From positions 210,607-274,606 of the forward strand of contig CAVSKS010000002.1 of the NCBI GenBank assembly GCA_963728605.1: DNA of 64,000 bases, in the 5' to 3' direction. This stretch comes from an uncultured Chloroflexia bacterium. Lineage in GTDB: Bacteria; Chloroflexota; Limnocylindria; Limnocylindrales; CSP1-4. The notes under the pieces were generated by a model that ran no database searches, was not told the DNA's origin, and was given only the letters and a program-made list of their open reading frames with translations. Made by a program: the position numbers and the translations under genes. How positions within the stretch are numbered: the first letter of the stretch is position 1; each line of letters starts with the position of its first letter. Of the stretch, positions 39,633 to 49,590 are shown one piece after another.

Positions 39633-40868
39633 ATGGCCTTCGAGGTGACGCCCCAGCAACGCCGCTGGCTCGGGGCGCTGCTGATCCTCTCGACGCTCGC
39701 CGTCGGGTTCATCGTGGTCGGCCACGTCGTCCAGATCTTCTTCTGGTTCGGCGACATCATCCTGATCTTCTTCCTCGCCTGGCTGCTGGCGTTCATCCTC
39801 GGACCGGTGGTCACGGTCGTCGACCGGTTGCTGCCGTTCCTGCCGCGGGTGGTCGCGGTGATCGTCGTCTACGCCGTGCTGGTCGGGGCGATGATCTTCC
39901 TGACGATCCTGATCGCCGGCGCGCTGGCAGGCTCGATCGCCGACTTCGTGACGAGCGTCCCGAGGCTCCAGACACAGCTCCCGGAGCTGCTGGAGCCGTG
40001 GCAGCGGCGATTCGATGCCCTCGGCCTGGGCCAGGTGGACCTGGTCGACCAGTCGACGATCTTCCTGGCCAACCTCAACGACTACGCCGAGGAACTCGCC
40101 GGCCCGCTGCAGGCCCTCGCGGTCGCCAGCGTCGGGGCGATCGGCAACCTGCTGTTCGTCCTGGTGCTGTCGCTGTACATCGTCATCGACCGCGACCGGT
40201 TCCTGACCTTCTTCTTCTGGATCGTGCCGCAGGCGCTCAAGGAGGAGGCGCGACTCCTGGAGACCAGCGTCGGCAAGTCGTTCGGCGGATTCCTGCGAGG
40301 GCAGGCAATCATGGGCGTGGTCTACGGCGCTGTCGCGGTGCTGACCAGCGCCGCTCTCAACCTTCCCTACTTGGCGGTCACCAGCGCCCTTGCCGGGCTG
40401 CTGATGGCGATCCCGTTCTTCGGGCCGTTCGTGGCCTGGGCGCCGCCGGTTCTCGTCGCGATCTTCACTGCCCCGGACTCCACCCTGCCGGCGTTCATCG
40501 TCATGGGCGTGGGCTGGTTCATCGTCATGAACGTCGTCCAGCCGCGGGTCATGCAGGAGGCGGTGGGGATCCACCCGATCGTCGTCCTCGGCTCGGTGCT
40601 GATCGGCGCCAAGGTCGCCGGGGTGGTCGGGGCGATCTTCGGGATCCCGATCGCCGCCGTCCTGTCGGCGTTCTTCTTCCACTTCCTCAAGCTCACCCGT
40701 GACACCCGGCCCGTGGCCTCGCGGGCCGCCCACCGGCTGGAGACACGCGAGGGACGACCGGTCCGAGTGCCGAAGGAGCCGGACGCCGCCGTGGACGACG
40801 ATGTCGAGGACCCCCGACCCCAGTCGCCGTCCCCGTCGGTCGCGCCCACCGGCAGCCCCAACGAATGA
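39633..40868 (+). CDS. AI-2E (PerM/YhhT) family transporter
   Basis: Multi-TM; GGFLRGQ, IPFFGP, QPRVM..AVGIHP, GAIFGIP. Confidence 0.9.
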   Translation: MAFEVTPQQRRWLGALLILSTLAVGFIVVGHVVQIFFWFGDIILIFFLAWLLAFILGPVVTVVDRLLPFLPRVVAVIVVYAVLVGAMIFLTILIAGALAGSIADFVTSVPRLQTQLPELLEPWQRRFDALGLGQVDLVDQSTIFLANLNDYAEELAGPLQALAVASVGAIGNLLFVLVLSLYIVIDRDRFLTFFFWIVPQALKEEARLLETSVGKSFGGFLRGQAIMGVVYGAVAVLTSAALNLPYLAVTSALAGLLMAIPFFGPFVAWAPPVLVAIFTAPDSTLPAFIVMGVGWFIVMNVVQPRVMQEAVGIHPIVVLGSVLIGAKVAGVVGAIFGIPIAAVLSAFFFHFLKLTRDTRPVASRAAHRLETREGRPVRVPKEPDAAVDDDVEDPRPQSPSPSVAPTGSPNE

Positions 40869-41926
40869 CCGACGGCCGGCGCCGGCGCGAGCAGCCGGAC
40901 ATGACCCGGGAGCGGGCCCGGACCGAGCGTCGCGATCTCGACAAGGAACGGGGTGAACCGCTGGCCGGCGGTGCCGCCCGGGGTGGTCCCCGGGCGCTGC
41001 GACGGATGGCCCGACCGCTGGGCGACTGGACGACCAAACCGAAGATCCTCATCACCAACGACGACGGCGTCGAGTCGCGCGGCCTGCTGGCGCTCAAGCA
41101 GGCGCTCGAGGAGCTCGGCGAGACGTTCGTCGTCGCGCCCGACACCAACCAGTCGGCGGTCGGCCACCAGAAGACGCTGATGCGGCCACTGCGGGTCCGG
41201 GAGCGGACGCTCGCCGACGGCTCGCTGGCGTACTCGGTCGACGGCTCCCCGACCGACGCGGTGAGCCTCGCCTTCCTGGGCTACTTTGGCCACGGTTTCG
41301 ACCTGGTCGCCTCGGGCATCAACTACGGGGCCAACCTCGGCGACGACATCACCTACTCCGGGACGGTGAGCGCGGCGATGGAGGCGGTCATCAACGGCTG
41401 CCCCGGGTTCGCGATCTCGCAGGAGTACTACGAGCACCCCGATTTCACGCTGGCTGCCCTGGCCGCCCGGTTGGTCGCCCGCAACATCCTCGAGCACGGC
41501 CTCTCGCCGGGCGAGCTGATCAACGTCAACGTGCCGGCCGTCGAACCCGAGGACTGCGCGGGCATCGAGGTGACCCGGCTGGGCAAGCGGGTCTACCAGG
41601 ACCAGCTGATCCAGCGCGTCGACCCGCGGGGGATTCCCTACTTCTGGATCGGCGGCCCGCCACCGTCCGGCCTGGCGGTGCCGGGCACCGACTTCCACGC
41701 CGTGGTCAACCGCCGGATCGCGGTCACCCCGATCCACCTCGACCTGACCGGCCGCCGCCTGCTGCGCCGCCTCAAGACCTGGACCTGGGGCCTGGAGTCC
41801 GCGGCGCCGAAGTCGACCGCCCGAAAGCGACGCCGCCCGGCCGCCGCGCCACCCGGCCCGGCCGAGCCGGTCCAGCAGGATCGTGACCACGAGCTGGCCG
41901 AAGAACACGAGCGAGAGCGGCGCTAG
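40865..41926 (+). CDS. surE: 5'/3'-nucleotidase SurE
   Basis: ILITNDDG, APDTNQS, GSPTD, SGINYGANLG, YSGTVSAA.E; start uncertain. Confidence 0.93.
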   Translation: MTDGRRRREQPDMTRERARTERRDLDKERGEPLAGGAARGGPRALRRMARPLGDWTTKPKILITNDDGVESRGLLALKQALEELGETFVVAPDTNQSAVGHQKTLMRPLRVRERTLADGSLAYSVDGSPTDAVSLAFLGYFGHGFDLVASGINYGANLGDDITYSGTVSAAMEAVINGCPGFAISQEYYEHPDFTLAALAARLVARNILEHGLSPGELINVNVPAVEPEDCAGIEVTRLGKRVYQDQLIQRVDPRGIPYFWIGGPPPSGLAVPGTDFHAVVNRRIAVTPIHLDLTGRRLLRRLKTWTWGLESAAPKSTARKRRRPAAAPPGPAEPVQQDRDHELAEEHERERR

Positions 41927-41933
41927 GCGAAAC

Positions 41934-43547
41934 TCAGGGGCGGAGGAGCACGCCCTCGTCCGGTGCCAGATCGAGCGTTCCGGCAGGCTCACCAACCGCT
42001 CGGGAGGGATCGGTAGACAGGGTCACGATGGCCGCGGCGAACTCGTCGGGAAGCCGGAGCACGACCGCGCTATCGCCCATGTTCAGAGCAACCAGCCGCC
42101 GCTCGTCGCCCGCCTCGCGGAGATAGGCGAAGACGTCGGGCGGCGATGGCAGCGTCCGGTACGCCCCGTGCCGCAGCGCCTCCGAGGCGCGTCGCTCCCG
42201 GATCAGTGCCCGGTAGAACGAGAACGTCGATGCCGGATCGTCCCGCTGGGCGGCCACGTTCACCGTGGCCGCCATCGGGCTGACCGGCAACCACGGTTCG
42301 GCCGAGCTGAACCCGGCCCACCGGGACCCGTCCCACTGCATCGGCGTCCGGCACGGGTCGCGATCGGCCACGTCGACGATCCGCGACGCGGGGATCGGCC
42401 CGTCGGACATGCCGATCTCCTCGCCGTAGTAGACGAACGGCGTCCCTCGGAGGGTCAGCAGCAGCAATGCCGCGACGCGGGCCCGGCGGTCGCCACGTTC
42501 GGGCGCGCCCGCCGGTTCGTACCGGGTCCGGGCCCGGGGGTTGTCGTGGTTCGACAGCGTGTAGTCCGGCCAGGCCTCCCTGTTGAGCAGTCGCTCGAAC
42601 GTCTCGACCCGCTCCCGGAATGTTTCGGCCGACCAGGGTGCCCGGAGGAACATGAAGTTGAAGGCGAGGTGGAGCTCGTCGGCCGACTCGCCATAGAAGC
42701 CGACGAACTTCTCGGGGTCCATGACGACCGCCTCGCCGACCATCATCCGGTCGCCGTCGTACTCGTCGAGCAGCTTGCGCCACGATCGGAGCAGCGAGTG
42801 GAGCTCCGGTTCGTCTGCCGGCGGCGTCGTGTCCGGGGTCCCCCGCGGATTCTCGGCCTGTGGCAGGCCAACCAGCTGCTTCGGCTTGACCGTCTTGTGG
42901 ACGACGTCGATCCGGAAGCCGTCGACGCCGCGATCCAGCCAGAACCGCATGATCCGCTCGAACTCGGCGCGGACCTCCGGGTTCCACCAATCGAGGTCGG
43001 GCTGCTCCTTGAGGAACGAGTGGAGGTAGTACTGGCCGGTGGTCGGGTCGAACGTCCAGGCCGGGCCCTTGCCCCGGCTGAAGACGTTGCGCCAATCGTT
43101 GGGCGGGCCGCCATCGGCCGCGGGATCGGCCCACACGTACCAGGAGCGCTTCGGGTTCGTCCGGTCCTTCCGTGATTCCAGGAACCATGGGTGTTCACTG
43201 GATGTGTGGTTCGGGACCAGGTCGACGATGATCCGGATGGCGCGGCGATGCGCCTCCGAAAGGAGCTCGTCGAAGTCGGCCAGCGTCCCGAACGACGGAT
43301 CCACGCCGCAGTAGTCGGCCACGTCGTAGCCGAAGTCGGCCATCGGCGACGGGTAGAAGGGAGAGATCCAGATGGCGTCGATCCCCAGCGACTCGGGCGT
43401 ACCGTTGAGGTGGTCGAGCCGGCTGATGATGCCCTTCAGGTCGCCGATGCCGTTACCGTCGGCGTCCTGGAAGCTGCGCGGGTAGATCTGGTAGAAGACG
43501 CCCTCGCGCCACCACTCGGGGCCGAGGCCGGGGTCGCGGGGGCTCAT
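41934..43547 (-). CDS. GH13 alpha-glucosidase/oligo-1,6-glucosidase
   Basis: YQIYPRSF, DFGYD, DLVPNH, GVDGFRIDV, SNHD, YYGEEIG. Confidence 0.93.
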   Translation of the reverse strand: MSPRDPGLGPEWWREGVFYQIYPRSFQDADGNGIGDLKGIISRLDHLNGTPESLGIDAIWISPFYPSPMADFGYDVADYCGVDPSFGTLADFDELLSEAHRRAIRIIVDLVPNHTSSEHPWFLESRKDRTNPKRSWYVWADPAADGGPPNDWRNVFSRGKGPAWTFDPTTGQYYLHSFLKEQPDLDWWNPEVRAEFERIMRFWLDRGVDGFRIDVVHKTVKPKQLVGLPQAENPRGTPDTTPPADEPELHSLLRSWRKLLDEYDGDRMMVGEAVVMDPEKFVGFYGESADELHLAFNFMFLRAPWSAETFRERVETFERLLNREAWPDYTLSNHDNPRARTRYEPAGAPERGDRRARVAALLLLTLRGTPFVYYGEEIGMSDGPIPASRIVDVADRDPCRTPMQWDGSRWAGFSSAEPWLPVSPMAATVNVAAQRDDPASTFSFYRALIRERRASEALRHGAYRTLPSPPDVFAYLREAGDERRLVALNMGDSAVVLRLPDEFAAAIVTLSTDPSRAVGEPAGTLDLAPDEGVLLRP

Positions 43548-43661
43548 CGGGCCGAAGCGTAGCGCAGGACCTCCGACGCGGGCGGCTTGGACGGATGTCC
43601 ATGCGCCGATCCTGACGTCCGCCCAACGAATGGGGCTCCGCCCTTGCCGACACTGACGGCC

Positions 43662-44216
43662 ATGACCTCGGCCGACCGCCTCGCCCCCGCCGCCCGAATC
43701 GACGGCCTGCTGTCGCGCGAGGCGATCGTCTGGCTGAGCACGGTCCGGCCCGACGGTTCGCCGCATCTCGTGCCGATCTGGTTCAGCTGGGACGGCGAGC
43801 AGCTGTTCGTCGCTTCCAAGCCCGACGCTCGGAAGGTCCGCAACCTGCGCGCGAATCCGCGGCTGATGCTGGCCCTGGGCGAGCCGGACGAGGACTTCGA
43901 CGTCGGCCTGGTCGAGGCCCATGCGGAGCTGCCGCCCGTGCCCACGGCGGAGCTGTTGCCCGCCGGCCACCTCGCCAAGTACCGGGACCGGATGGCCGCC
44001 ATCGGTCTCGACGACGAGTCCTACGTCCGCGACTACTCGCAGCCGATCCTCATCCGTCCGACCCGGTACCTGCCGTGGCACGGCCGGACGACGCCGCCGA
44101 GCCTGCTTCCCACCCGGCGGCCCATCTCGGGCGGACCAACGTCCGTCCGGCTCGCGGTCGAGCGGCTGATCGCACCGCTCGGTCTCCGCCGGGCGCTGCC
44201 GCTCGTCGCCGGTTGA
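43662..44216 (+). CDS. Pyridoxamine 5'-phosphate oxidase-like (possibly F420-dependent) protein
   Basis: WLSTVRPDGSPH.VP.WF, K.RNL..NP motifs. Confidence 0.85.
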   Translation: MTSADRLAPAARIDGLLSREAIVWLSTVRPDGSPHLVPIWFSWDGEQLFVASKPDARKVRNLRANPRLMLALGEPDEDFDVGLVEAHAELPPVPTAELLPAGHLAKYRDRMAAIGLDDESYVRDYSQPILIRPTRYLPWHGRTTPPSLLPTRRPISGGPTSVRLAVERLIAPLGLRRALPLVAG

Positions 44217-44243
44217 GGACGCCGCCAAGCCGAGATAGCGGGC

Positions 44244-45863
44244 CTAGCGGCGGCGCTTCTTCCAGTCGGCGAGGATTTCCCGGGCCGCGTTCTGGCCGGG
44301 GCCGCCGGTGAGCCCGCCCCCGGGATGCGCACCGGAGCCGCACAGGTAGAGGCCGTCGATCGGCATCCGGTAGCGGGCGTGGCCAAGGAGTGGCCGCCAG
44401 AGGAAGAACTGGTCGAGACCGGGCTCGGCGTGGAGCGGGTGGCCGCCGGTCAGCCCGTAGTCGCGCTCGAGGTCGAGCGGCGTCAGCACCTGGCGGGCGA
44501 CGACCAGCTTGCCGATCCCCTTGGCGACCGTCTCGAGGACCCGGATGGCAGCGTCGCCGACGGCCTCCCGGCAGTCGTCCCAGTTGGCGTCCCGCAGCTG
44601 GTACGGCGCGTACTGGAGGACCACGCTCATGACGTGCGTGCCCGCCTTGGCTCCCTCGACCAGCGACGGATCGACCAGCGACGGGATGGTGGCCTCGAGG
44701 ATGGGCTGATCACTGATCCGGCCGTACTTGGCGGCATCGAAAGCGCGCTCCATGACATCGATCCCCGGCGCGACGAGGATCCGGCCCCGCAGGCGCTGGT
44801 CGTCGTCGCCGGCCGACGGGAACGACGGCAGCTTGCGCAGCACGAGGTTGACTTTGGCGACGACACCCGGCTGGCGGATGTTGCCGGCTCGCCAGCCCAG
44901 CGACGGCCCGAGCGCGACCGGATCGAGCAGCCCGACCAGCGTCCGCTTGGGGTCGAGCCCGGACACGATGACCGGCGCCTCGAGCTCCTCTCCCGATTCG
45001 AGGGCGACGCCGGTGACCCGCCCGTCGTGCGACCGGATGGCGGTCACCGGGGCGCCGCTGCGAACCTCGACGCCGGCCGCCCGAGCGGCACCCACGAGCG
45101 CCGTCGCCAGCGCGCCCGGGCCCCCGCGGGCGAACACGGTCTGACCCGCGGCGCCACCGTCGTTGCCGGCCGAATTGGCCAGCAGGACGGCCGTCGAACC
45201 GGCCGACCACGGTCCCAGCGAGCAGTACTGGATGCCCCGCCAGGCAATCGCCGCCTGGACCGCGCCGGTCTCGAAGGCCTCGGCGGCGAAGTCGGCGACG
45301 GCCATCGGCAGGACCCGGGTGATGGTTCGGGCGTCGTGCTTGCCAAGGCCCCGGAACGTCCGGCCCAGCTTGAGCCCGGCGAGCGCGTCGGCCAGGCCGG
45401 GCGAGTGGATGTCCGGCGGCGTCGTGGCGGCGATCTCGCCGATGAACCTGGCCAGTGACCGGACCAGTCGGTCGAAGTCGGCATAGCGGCCGGCGTCGCG
45501 ATCGGACCAGGCTTGGAGATCGGCGGCGGTCAGGTCGTTGTCGGCCCACAGGGAGACGGCCCGCCCGTCGGGTTGGGGGGCGAAGACCCGTACCCGTGGC
45601 GCGACGAGCGACAGGCCGTGCGACCGCAGGTCGAGGTCGCGGACCACCGACGCCCGCATCCGGCCGACGGTGTGGGCAAGGGTCGGGACGCGGGCATGGG
45701 GCGCCAGCTCGGATGTCTCCGCGGCGCCGCCGGCCGTCTCACGACGTTCGAGGACCAGCGTCCGCAGCCCGGCCTGGCCCAGGTAGGCCGCCGTGACCAG
45801 GGCGTTGTGCCCGCCGCCGACGACGATCGCGTCCCAGCGACCCGTCCCGGTCGTCGCCGTCAT
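44244..45863 (-). CDS. FAD-dependent oxidoreductase (phytoene dehydrogenase-like superfamily), copy B
   Basis: GGGHN Rossmann motif; TPLDLE; LYLCGSGAHPGGG; ATGA coupling. Confidence 0.88.
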   Translation of the reverse strand: MTATTGTGRWDAIVVGGGHNALVTAAYLGQAGLRTLVLERRETAGGAAETSELAPHARVPTLAHTVGRMRASVVRDLDLRSHGLSLVAPRVRVFAPQPDGRAVSLWADNDLTAADLQAWSDRDAGRYADFDRLVRSLARFIGEIAATTPPDIHSPGLADALAGLKLGRTFRGLGKHDARTITRVLPMAVADFAAEAFETGAVQAAIAWRGIQYCSLGPWSAGSTAVLLANSAGNDGGAAGQTVFARGGPGALATALVGAARAAGVEVRSGAPVTAIRSHDGRVTGVALESGEELEAPVIVSGLDPKRTLVGLLDPVALGPSLGWRAGNIRQPGVVAKVNLVLRKLPSFPSAGDDDQRLRGRILVAPGIDVMERAFDAAKYGRISDQPILEATIPSLVDPSLVEGAKAGTHVMSVVLQYAPYQLRDANWDDCREAVGDAAIRVLETVAKGIGKLVVARQVLTPLDLERDYGLTGGHPLHAEPGLDQFFLWRPLLGHARYRMPIDGLYLCGSGAHPGGGLTGGPGQNAAREILADWKKRRR

Positions 45864-47476
45864 GCCGCCCGCCGGCCCTTGGCCTTGAGCACCTCGAGGG
45901 CGGCAATCCGGCCGTTGGCGCCCATGATCCCGCCGCCCGGATGGGTCGACGAGCCGCACAGCCAGAGGTCCCGGATCGGGGTCTTGAAGCGGGCGTAGCC
46001 CGGGACCGGTCGGTTGAAGAAGAGCTGCTCGAGCGACAGCTCGCCCTGGAAGATGTTGCCCTCGGTGAGGCCGGTGGTCCGCTCGATGTCGAGTGGCGTC
46101 TGGACGTTCCGGAACAGGATGCTGTCACGGAAGCCCGGGGCGAACTCGGCGATCCGGTCGACGACGGCGTCGCCGAAGGCCTCGCGATGGTCGTCCCAGC
46201 TCCCCAGCTCCGGGGCCAGCTTGTACGGCGCGTACTGGACGAAGCACGAGATCACGTGCTTGCCGGGCGGTGCCATCGACGGGTCGACGAGCGTCGGGAT
46301 GATCATGTCGATGTACGGCCGGGAGCTCCAGCGGCCGTACTTGGCGTCGTCGTAGGCCTGCTCCATCTCCTCGATCGATGGACTGAAGGAGATGGCCCCC
46401 CGCAGGTGCTCGCCCTCGCCCGGCAGCGAGGTGAAGTCGGGCAGCCGGTCGACGGCCATGTTCACCTTGCCCGAGCTGCCGCGGAACTTGAAGCGGCGCA
46501 CCTCGTCCTCGAACTCGGCGGTCAGCGCGCCCGGCTCGAGGAGGTCGATGAACGTCCGCCGCGAGTCGACCGACGAGAGCACCGCTCCGGCCTCGATCTC
46601 CTCGCCGTCCTCGAGCGCGACCCCGGTCGCCCGGCCACGCTTGACGACGATCCGCGCGACCGGCGCCTCGGTCCGGATCTCCGCGCCGAGCGCCCTGGCG
46701 GCGCTGCCGATGGCGTTGGAGATGCCGCCCGTCCCGCCCTTCGGGATCCCCCAGGCACGGAACGCGCCGTCGATCTCGCCCATGTAGTGGTGCAGCAGAA
46801 CGTAGGCGGTGCCCGGCGACCGGACCCCGAGATACGTGCCGATGATCCCGCTGGCGGCCATCGTCGCCTTGAGTGGATCGGTCTCGAACCACTGGTCGAG
46901 GAAGTCGGCGGAGCTCATCGTCATCAGCTGGACGAAGACCGCCTGCTGGCGCTCCGGGAGTTGCTGGAAGGCGCGGGCGAGGCCGCCCAGCGGCAGCAGC
47001 GGTCGGGGGTCGAGCGAGGTGAGATCCGGCGGGACGATCGACAGGATCGGCTTGATGAACCGGGCCATGTCGACCATCAGCTGGCCGTACTCCTCGTACG
47101 CCTCGGCATCGTTCTTCGACCAGCGCCGCAGCTCGCGGACCGTCCGGCCGTGGTCGTTGACCCGCCACAGGTAGTCGCCCCCAGGTGGCCCCTCCCCCGC
47201 CCGGAGCGGGGTGAAGGTGCCGTCCAGTGGCAGGATGTCCAGCCCGTGGCGCGGCAGCTGGAGGTCGCGGATGATCTCAGGCCGAAGCAGCGACACGACG
47301 TACGAGAAGACGGAAAACCGGTAGCCGGGGAACAGCTCCTCGGTGACGGCGGCTCCGCCAAGGACGTGGCGACGCTCGAGGACCAGCGTCTTGAGCCCCG
47401 CTCGGGCCAGGTAGGCAGCCGAGACCAGGCCGTTGTGGCCACCGCCGATGATGACCGCGTCATAGCGCTGGGCCAC
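45860..47476 (-). CDS. FAD-dependent oxidoreductase (phytoene dehydrogenase-like superfamily), copy A
   Basis: GGGHNGL, GGAAVTEE, GNIFQGE, CGSSTHPGGGIMG. Confidence 0.9.
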   Translation of the reverse strand: MAQRYDAVIIGGGHNGLVSAAYLARAGLKTLVLERRHVLGGAAVTEELFPGYRFSVFSYVVSLLRPEIIRDLQLPRHGLDILPLDGTFTPLRAGEGPPGGDYLWRVNDHGRTVRELRRWSKNDAEAYEEYGQLMVDMARFIKPILSIVPPDLTSLDPRPLLPLGGLARAFQQLPERQQAVFVQLMTMSSADFLDQWFETDPLKATMAASGIIGTYLGVRSPGTAYVLLHHYMGEIDGAFRAWGIPKGGTGGISNAIGSAARALGAEIRTEAPVARIVVKRGRATGVALEDGEEIEAGAVLSSVDSRRTFIDLLEPGALTAEFEDEVRRFKFRGSSGKVNMAVDRLPDFTSLPGEGEHLRGAISFSPSIEEMEQAYDDAKYGRWSSRPYIDMIIPTLVDPSMAPPGKHVISCFVQYAPYKLAPELGSWDDHREAFGDAVVDRIAEFAPGFRDSILFRNVQTPLDIERTTGLTEGNIFQGELSLEQLFFNRPVPGYARFKTPIRDLWLCGSSTHPGGGIMGANGRIAALEVLKAKGRRAA

Positions 47477-47615
47477 GCTTCGAGCCCCTCCTCCGGACTA
47501 TCCAGTCTGCATACGGTTCATGCACTGTAGCCGAGCGTCGCTCAACGAAGCGCCCAGTCTCGCACGATGGATGCCCGCCGACAGCCGGCCCGGCGGACCG
47601 GGCATACTCGGGGCG

Positions 47616-48809
47616 ATGAGCGTCGGGACTGCGTTCCATCCGGCGACCGCGCCGCTGAACCGCAAGCAGCAATGGCGGGAGTGGTCGGGCTACTTCGCGT
47701 CGAGCGTCTACGCCGATGCCCACGACATCGAGTACAACGCGATCCGCGAGGCTGCGGCACTGATCGACGTCTCGCCGCTGTACAAGTACCGGGTCCACGG
47801 ACCGGATGCCGGGCGGCTCGTCGATCGCGTCATTACCCGCGATGCCACGAAGCTGACGTCCGGCCGCGTGTACTACACGCCGTGGTGCGACGAGCATGGC
47901 AAGGTCATTGACGACGGTACGGTTCATGCCCTCGACGACGGCGCGTTCCGCTGGACCGCCGCCGACCCACAGCTCCGCTGGCTGCGGATGAACGCCCGCG
48001 GCCTCGACGTCGAGATCGACGAGGAAAGCGAGTCCACGGCGGCGCTGGCGATCCAGGGTCCGCTGTCGCGAGCGGTCCTCGAGGCCGCCACCGGCGAGTC
48101 GTTCGAGGACCTTCGCTACTTCCGGCGGCGGGCATCGTCCCTGGCCGGCGCCGCCATCGACGTCTCACGGACGGGCTACACCGGCGATCTCGGGTACGAG
48201 CTCTGGATCCCGGCGGAGAACGCGGTGGCCGCCTGGGATGCCCTGGTGGCCGCCGGCCGGGGGTTCGGCATCCGGCCGGCGGGGATGTTGGCCCTCGACG
48301 TCGTCCGGCTCGAGGCCGGGCTGATCCTGCTGGAGGTCGACTACACGTCCGCCCGCCACGCGATCAACCCCGAACAGAACTACTCGCCCTTCGAGATCGG
48401 CCTCGGGCGGCTGGTGAGCTTCGACAAGTCCGACTTCGTCGGCCGGCTGGCGCTGGAGCGGGAGCAGCAGCGGGGCGGACCAGAGCGACGACTCGTCGGC
48501 CTCGAGCTCGACTGGTACGGGATCGAGGCGCTCTATACGGAGCAGGGCCTTCCGCCGGGAATCTCCCCGGCGGTCGACCGCTCACCGGTACCCGTCTTCG
48601 CTGAGCGGGCCGGCCAGATCGGGCGGGTCACGAGCCTCGGCTGGAGCCCGATCCTCAAGCAGGCCATCGCTCTCGCCTCGGTCCCCCAGACGCACGAGCG
48701 GCCCGGTGCCCGCGTCGACGTGGAGTGGACGGTCGAAGGGCGGCGCGGCCGCGTCCGGGCGAACGTCGTCGACCTGCCATTCCTCGATCTGGAGCGCAAG
48801 CGCGCCTGA
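47616..48809 (+). CDS. Aminomethyltransferase (GcvT/T-protein-like folate-binding) family protein
   Basis: IDVSPL.K, G.VIDDG, QGP.S, SRTGYTGDLGYE, RLEAG. Confidence 0.9.
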   Translation: MSVGTAFHPATAPLNRKQQWREWSGYFASSVYADAHDIEYNAIREAAALIDVSPLYKYRVHGPDAGRLVDRVITRDATKLTSGRVYYTPWCDEHGKVIDDGTVHALDDGAFRWTAADPQLRWLRMNARGLDVEIDEESESTAALAIQGPLSRAVLEAATGESFEDLRYFRRRASSLAGAAIDVSRTGYTGDLGYELWIPAENAVAAWDALVAAGRGFGIRPAGMLALDVVRLEAGLILLEVDYTSARHAINPEQNYSPFEIGLGRLVSFDKSDFVGRLALEREQQRGGPERRLVGLELDWYGIEALYTEQGLPPGISPAVDRSPVPVFAERAGQIGRVTSLGWSPILKQAIALASVPQTHERPGARVDVEWTVEGRRGRVRANVVDLPFLDLERKRA

Positions 48810-48884
48810 TCGCGCAAGACGGCTTCAACGCCGCGCATGATTTCGCTGGCGCGTCCGATGCCACCGGGCAACCATCCTGAGCGG

Positions 48885-49115
48885 ATGGACGCCATCGAAC
48901 TCGACGTCGATCCCGACGACCCCGAGCTGCTCGGCGCGGTCGCGGACGTCGTTGAAGGGCTGACCACCGAGCACCTGGACCTGGCAGATCCGATGACCGC
49001 GTTCGAGGCCGACCGCCGGATCGCGACCGACATGCCCGACGCCACGATCGAGTACCAGGCGACCGGATTGCTCGATCCGCCGGTCTGGCGCATCCGCCGC
49101 GACGGGAATGATTAG
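48885..49115 (+). CDS. Small acidic hypothetical protein
   Basis: GC3-rich codons; CATCCT 6 nt before the ATG. Confidence 0.55.
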   Translation: MDAIELDVDPDDPELLGAVADVVEGLTTEHLDLADPMTAFEADRRIATDMPDATIEYQATGLLDPPVWRIRRDGND

Positions 49116-49128
49116 CTCGCCAGCTCCT

Positions 49129-49590
49129 TCACTGGAAGCCGCCCACAACCCAGGGTTCACGGCCCTCGTGGACCCAGGACACATCGTGGGTGAAGCATTC
49201 CCGAGGCTCGATGACGACCTTGCCGTCGCTGATGGGTCCATGGCAAAGCAGCACCACGACCCGGCGGCTGCCATCGGCCAGATCGAAGACGACGGCTGAG
49301 GGTTGGTTCAGCCCACCGAACGCACCCAGCATCGTCTGGCCGTTCACCTCGTAGCTCGTTGGCAGCCCGGCGGTCGACGCGGCGATGACGTCCAGCGGAT
49401 CAACGGCCCCCAGCGCGGCCTCGACGTCGACCTCGCACCCGCGCCCCGCCGCAAGGCATGGCGTTTCGCTCGTCAGCCAGATCCCGTCGACCAGGTGGGC
49501 GGACGGGTCGGCCCACTGATGGGCCGGCGGTGTCGGTGCCGTCGAACACGCGACGACGATCGCCGCGACGACCGCCAGCGCCGCCCTCAC
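49129..49590 (-). CDS. Hypothetical lipoprotein
   Basis: GTGA coupling; signal peptide ending VVAC. Confidence 0.55.
   Translation of the reverse strand: MRAALAVVAAIVVACSTAPTPPAHQWADPSAHLVDGIWLTSETPCLAAGRGCEVDVEAALGAVDPLDVIAASTAGLPTSYEVNGQTMLGAFGGLNQPSAVVFDLADGSRRVVVLLCHGPISDGKVVIEPRECFTHDVSWVHEGREPWVVGGFQ

Noticed and set aside
44244-47476. Carotenoid desaturase (crtI) call
   Set aside because: No crtB/crtE/crtY context; motifs fit the broader uncharacterised FAD oxidoreductase group
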